NCBI GenBank assembly: GCA_021781705.1
Contig: JAJXWI010000008.1
Coordinates: 179 to 64,178, forward strand
From: a bacterium
GTDB lineage: Bacteria > Verrucomicrobiota > Lentisphaeria > Victivallales > GWF2-38-69
Direction of reading: 5' to 3'
DNA length: 64,000 nt
Positions 59,914 through 64,000 of this stretch are shown in pieces. Position 1 is the first letter of the stretch, and each line of letters begins with the position of its first letter. Below the pieces are notes generated by a model, which saw nothing but the letters and a program-made list of their open reading frames with translations, was not told the DNA's origin and searched no databases. A program made the translations under genes and the position numbers.

Positions 59914-60174
59914 TCATCCGAACTTATAATGTTTGCGGACTGGAGATTTAATATCCCAGGTACAGTCAAGGCCTTTGGGAAAAATAACCAGGTCCCCGGC
60001 TTTGAATGAAACACTTTCGGTTTTAGTCTTGACTGTTACTTCACCTTCAAGTATCAGGCACGCTTCCTGATCATCATAGTGCCATGGGAAGATTGAAACT
60101 TCTTTTTCCCAAATCGGCTGCTGTTTCATTTCCTGAACTTCTTCTGCCATCGGGTTTTTAACAATTATTTTCAT
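59914..60174 (-). CDS. Small cupin (cupin_3 / DUF861-like)
   Basis: 86 aa. Pattern WEKEVSIFPWHYDDQEACLILEGEVTV...GDLVIFPKG...W.I..PVRKHY. Confidence 0.7.
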   Translation of the reverse strand: MKIIVKNPMAEEVQEMKQQPIWEKEVSIFPWHYDDQEACLILEGEVTVKTKTESVSFKAGDLVIFPKGLDCTWDIKSPVRKHYKFG

Positions 60175-60348
60175 TGGTGCCTCCTATAGTTAGTCTTTTT
60201 CTAGATCCTTGGTTCTTGAAAGCTTGAGATATTACTTCACAATCTCTTTCTTTCAATTTTCTGACCTTGATTTGCTTCTCTGTTTTCATTGTTTCATGCC
60301 TTTTTCTGAGGAGCGTGGCGGAATGTCGCGAGACATTAGCGACTGTTG

Positions 60349-61205
60349 TCAGGCTTTATTTTCTGCGGTTGTGTTCCTTATATTTTTCTCTATGAATTTT
60401 CTCCATGTAAATTGGGGGTTCCATTTAAACGCATCTTTAACTCTATGACAGTCAAGTAATGATCCATATAGGTTATCCTCAATTCTCTTTTCTTTTTTCC
60501 ATTTCACTTGCGGGTGTATTTTTTGAGTGAGTTCAAGGCTTGTGTTTCCAGAGGTTGTAATATCATCCGATGAAACCAGGTAGCAATCGTATCCTATAAA
60601 ATCAGTTTTAATGCACTTTATAACAAGTTTCGCAAGATCTCTTACATCAATGAAAGCTCCACCCATTCATATTCAGGCCTTATTTTTCTTGACTCTATAA
60701 TGTCGAAATAGGTTTTTTCATTCCAAACACCGGGCGGTCTAAGGCAGATGGTTGAAATATGATTGGTTTGCCTGAAAGAATAACACATTTCTTCTGCAAG
60801 CTTTTTAGATATTGCGTATGGGTTTGCTGGTCTGCAAGGATGGTCATCGTTAATTGGAAAGTAATCGGGGATGCCTTCCCCCTTGAATATCCCGAGCGCG
60901 TCAACACTGCTCATAAATATGACTTTGCGAAATGCATTTATTCTCGCAGACTCCAAAACATTCCATGTACCTAAAAGATTCGTTCTTGTTATTTCTTCCC
61001 CGTTTTCTCTTTCGTCATTACCAAGAAGCGCCGCCAGATGCACGACCGACTCACAGCCTATTCCAGCTTTTATTACATTGGATGTATTTCGAATATCGCT
61101 ACCTTCCGTCAAGTCATATCCAACTATTTCATGCCCATCTGTTCGAAGTTGCTTTTCAACAACTTGGCCAATCAGCCCACTATTTCCTGTTAATAGAATT
61201 TTCAT
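60349..61205 (-). pseudogene. NAD-dependent epimerase/dehydratase gene disrupted by a frameshift
   Basis: The N-terminal 187-aa ORF (60642-61205; MKILLTGNSGLIGQ, YAISK) and the C-terminal 105-aa ORF (60349-60666) lie in different frames and overlap by 25 nt. Together they make one ~285-aa SDR. Confidence 0.65.
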
Positions 61206-61222
61206 AATTTTTTCTTGCTTAT

Positions 61223-61642
61223 TTACTCAAGAATATTTTTATGGTTAATCAGAATTTCTTTGACAGCAAACGCTAGATTGTCTTTACTCTCAACTTCATC
61301 CAGGGTAAAAAATAAAGCTTTTTGTCCTTCTTTGAGTTTAATTTGATCCAAGGCGGCATTGGTTTTTGCCAGAAAATAATAACCATCAACTTCATATTTA
61401 ACACCGTTAACATTATGCTTTACTTTCATTTGATGGATAGGCTTTAAATTGAAAATATTAATACCGATCTCTTCAAGCACCTCTCTTTTTATTGCTTCGG
61501 AAGGTGTTTCATTGTCTTCAATGCCTCCGCCGACTAATCCCCAGCAGTTTGGTTCCGCAATGTTGGAAATATTGTCACGAAGTACAAAGAGATATTTTCC
61601 CAGAGCATCATTTTTTATAAAAACTTTTGCGCCGCTTTTCAT
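61223..61642 (-). CDS. NUDIX hydrolase
   Basis: 139 aa. Nudix box GGGIEDNETPSEAIKREVLEEIGI (GX5EX7REUXEEXGU). Confidence 0.9.
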   Translation of the reverse strand: MKSGAKVFIKNDALGKYLFVLRDNISNIAEPNCWGLVGGGIEDNETPSEAIKREVLEEIGINIFNLKPIHQMKVKHNVNGVKYEVDGYYFLAKTNAALDQIKLKEGQKALFFTLDEVESKDNLAFAVKEILINHKNILE

Positions 61643-61768
61643 AAGTATAGACCATTACTCGCAATCAAGTGCGAAAATTGTTAGATTATTGACAGAATAC
61701 ACATTTAACCGCTGATAACGAACTATTTTTTCTCCGAGTTTCAAAAGAGATTTATTATCTTGCATTCA

Positions 61769-62263
61769 TTACAGTTTACATAGTGTTCGTCGTCCCGGAC
61801 GAGGGTGGAATATTGACATTAATGATTCAGGATTCCGAATTGCTTGGAACCCGCATTTTGAGTAAACTCCATGGGCATCCTTAGTCATTAAAAGCCATTG
61901 ATAAACATCCTTAAGTTCGGGGCTGGACAGAGTGTATTTGACCATTTTCTGACAAATTCCTTTTTTGCGGAAATGCTCATTCACAATTACGTCGCAAATA
62001 TAGGCAAATCGAGTTTTATCAGAAATGACGCGGAGAAATCCAACCTGGGTGCCATCTGGTAAATAAGCTCCAACGACAAGTGCTGAATTTGAAATGCTTT
62101 TTTGGATCTCTTCCTTCGTTATTCCTGGGGACCAAAATGCTTTTGTGAGCATGGAATGGATCTCGTCAATGTGTAAATCAGAAACTGATGAACTAATCTT
62201 AACGTCTATCATTTGCTCTTCATACGATGTCTTTCTATGGTTTTTCTTTTTTGGCTTGTTCAT
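61769..62263 (-). CDS. GNAT-family N-acetyltransferase
   Basis: 164 aa. Acetyl-CoA-binding motif VNEHFRKKGICQKMV (R/Q-x-x-G-x-G/A-like). Confidence 0.8.
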   Translation of the reverse strand: MNKPKKKNHRKTSYEEQMIDVKISSSVSDLHIDEIHSMLTKAFWSPGITKEEIQKSISNSALVVGAYLPDGTQVGFLRVISDKTRFAYICDVIVNEHFRKKGICQKMVKYTLSSPELKDVYQWLLMTKDAHGVYSKCGFQAIRNPESLMSIFHPRPGRRTLCKL

Positions 62264-62295
62264 AGCTTATTTGTAGCTTGCTGTCACGACTCATT

Positions 62296-63192
62296 TTAAA
62301 GTCTTGCGTAAATACTGGATTCACTGCCTATCCAGTATTTTTCAAGATATTCGTTTGTTTTATTTGGTCTATTTGCTGAAATCCAATTCTCATATTCAGG
62401 CTTGTCCCCTACGAAATATAGGGTTCCTGTGGATGCGGCTATTGGTTGCCAAATGTGCTTATCATCCACTATTGGTCTAACCCCAATGACAAATATTTTT
62501 TCTGCAATTCTAACTTTCTCCGACCATTCATTCTGAAAGTTCTTGATTACGTCAGGTGCTATAGCTAATGGTTTGTCTTTGGCATATAAACACATTGAGG
62601 GATACAATGCGGTATTGCTTCTGTATATCGTTGAAACATCTACAGGGTTTACAAACTCTATATTTCCACCAAAACTTGCCCTGTGCCCAAATGAAACACT
62701 GCGAGTTACGTCCGCTCCTCCTTGTAGTTTAAAATTACATGAACCATGTATTTTCCAGATTTTTGCATTATCATTCTCAGCCTTACCGAAATATTCAACC
62801 GTTATGCCTTCCAATGATGCGGCAAATTCGCATAAGCATTCGTAATTTAATGTTGATATAATAGTGTTTTTTAATAAGTTTTTTGATTTCAAATTTCTAA
62901 ACAAATTTTTGTATAAGTTATCATTATTGTTAGTTAGGCCAAACCTTGAAAAAAAAATTGCCATTTGCTGCATTAATGGAGGAATAGCATGACTATTAGT
63001 TTCAATTAGTTCAGCCATTCCATTCTCAAAATTGGTATTGAATTTTGATTGCAAGTTTGAATCGAAACTTCCCCAAGTTATTGGGTAAATTCTTTTTAAA
63101 GCAGAATATAGGTCGCTACCTAATGGTGGAGGGCATGGATCTACCTGTCCTGACCCAAATGATGCACCTGCTCCAAATAGGAATAAATTCAT
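62296..63192 (-). CDS. Stand-alone SIR2-like (SIR2_2 / defence-type) protein
   Basis: 298 aa. Ordered motifs: FLFGAGASFGSG (aa 4-15), TLNYE (114-118, with N116 at the Asn position), KIHGS (147-151, with H149 at the catalytic-His position) and IFVIGVRPIVDD. No other domain was recognised. Confidence 0.65.
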   Translation of the reverse strand: MNLFLFGAGASFGSGQVDPCPPPLGSDLYSALKRIYPITWGSFDSNLQSKFNTNFENGMAELIETNSHAIPPLMQQMAIFFSRFGLTNNNDNLYKNLFRNLKSKNLLKNTIISTLNYECLCEFAASLEGITVEYFGKAENDNAKIWKIHGSCNFKLQGGADVTRSVSFGHRASFGGNIEFVNPVDVSTIYRSNTALYPSMCLYAKDKPLAIAPDVIKNFQNEWSEKVRIAEKIFVIGVRPIVDDKHIWQPIAASTGTLYFVGDKPEYENWISANRPNKTNEYLEKYWIGSESSIYARL

Positions 63193-63434
63193 AGTAGTCC
63201 GAGTCTCATTGCATTGAACGATAAACTATAGTAACACTTTTCACAATAAACAATTGCCATAGGGAAAACTTGTCCCTCGATAACCATTTTATATTGAGTG
63301 TCAAACATTGAATAAACGGCTAATTCTTTTTCAATAGCCCACCTGTTACCGCCACAAACAGGACATTTGTTATATTGTAAATAATTTGAAAGATGATTTT
63401 TAATTTTTGTCTGTTGGTCGTTTGTTAGTGGCAT
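63189..63434 (-). CDS. Small four-Cys zinc-ribbon protein, translationally coupled to the SIR2-like gene
   Basis: 81 aa. CPVC (C24, C27) ... CEKC (C64, C67). Its stop overlaps the SIR2-like start by 4 nt (ATGA). Confidence 0.6.
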   Translation of the reverse strand: MPLTNDQQTKIKNHLSNYLQYNKCPVCGGNRWAIEKELAVYSMFDTQYKMVIEGQVFPMAIVYCEKCYYSLSFNAMRLGLL

Positions 63435-63591
63435 GATTATTTGTTTTTAAATAGCTTGTAACAATTTCTAATTCCCAAATTTTTTGGTAGTGTAAAATCT
63501 TTTCTGTAAATTCAAAATTTGAATAGAGGTGCAAATGATCATCCTATAAATTTAAAATCCCTTTAAAAAATTAAAAGAAAGGAAAGATCAA

Positions 63592-64000
63592 ATGCCTAAC
63601 AGTAAAAGTATACGTATGGAAGAAATTTTCAACAAGTTAATGGAAGCTGGCTACGAAAACGTTATGCCGCAAATCACATCAATATTGTTAAATGGAGTAA
63701 TGGAATTAGAACGAGAGAAATACCTAAAGGCTGAAGCATACGCAAGGAATCCTGAGCGAATAAGTTACGCTAATGGCTACAAGGACAAAAAGCTTGGTAT
63801 GCGGATGGGAGAAGTGCAATTAAAAATACCACAGACCAGAGACTGCATTTTTTATCCTCGAACAGTAAAAAGGGAGTTCGCTCTGAAAAAGCATTGAGGC
63901 TGGCGTTGTCGGAGATGTATATACAGGGAGTGTCAACCCTGAAAGTTATGAAGATAACCGAGCAATTATGTGGATTTGAAGTTTCATCGACACAAATATC
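63592..64000 (+). mobile_element. IS256-family (Mutator-type) transposase gene, frameshifted and truncated by the window end
   Basis: The N-terminus ...LKAEAYARNPERISYANGYKDKKLGMRMGEVQLKIPQTRD..FYP is typical of IS256 transposases. The frame breaks at the A5 run 63867-63871. The family continues in another frame as KKGVRSEKALRLALSEMYIQGVSTLKVMKITEQLCGFEVSSTQI. A possible left end lies near GGTAGTGTAAAATC (~63487). Confidence 0.8.

Overview
This is a low-GC bacterial chromosomal segment, roughly high-30s % GC by eye. The organism looks diderm: the window has TonB/ExbB/ExbD, a Wza-type exporter and sigma-54. I cannot assign a phylum from sequence alone. About 50 protein genes are packed tightly. 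Most are housekeeping: a eukaryote-type glycogen debranching enzyme, an rpiB-glyA fusion, tkt, leuS, ugd, eno, guaA, recA, priA and rpoN. There is also a cell-envelope polysaccharide cluster (CapD/PglF-like dehydratase, GT-C-like membrane proteins, Wza-like exporter) and a TPR-ExbB-ExbD operon. I found no rRNA, convincing tRNA or CRISPR array.

Two pockets look accessory.
1. 30.3-32.6 kb, between ugd and eno. It carries one visibly more GC-rich 409-aa gene whose C-terminus has a RecB/Shedu-like PD-(D/E)xK nuclease core. It is flanked by about 500-nt non-coding arms, imperfect direct repeats, a second copy of the eno ribosome-binding leader and a decayed VOC gene fragment.
2. 59-64 kb. This is a run of small minus-strand accessory genes (GrpB, cupin, frameshifted epimerase, NUDIX, GNAT). 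It ends in a translationally coupled pair, an 81-aa four-Cys zinc-ribbon protein plus a 298-aa stand-alone SIR2-like protein, directly next to a frameshifted IS256-family transposase.

The ZnR+SIR2 pair and the single-gene nuclease island are my best candidates for an undescribed, probably anti-phage, system. Other notable observations:
- Related GC-rich structured non-coding elements at 171-355 and 53536-53690.
- A membrane-anchored peptide deformylase-proline iminopeptidase fusion.
- A radical-SAM-like gene coupled to a YhhQ-type transporter.

All family calls come from motif recognition by eye. No searches were run.
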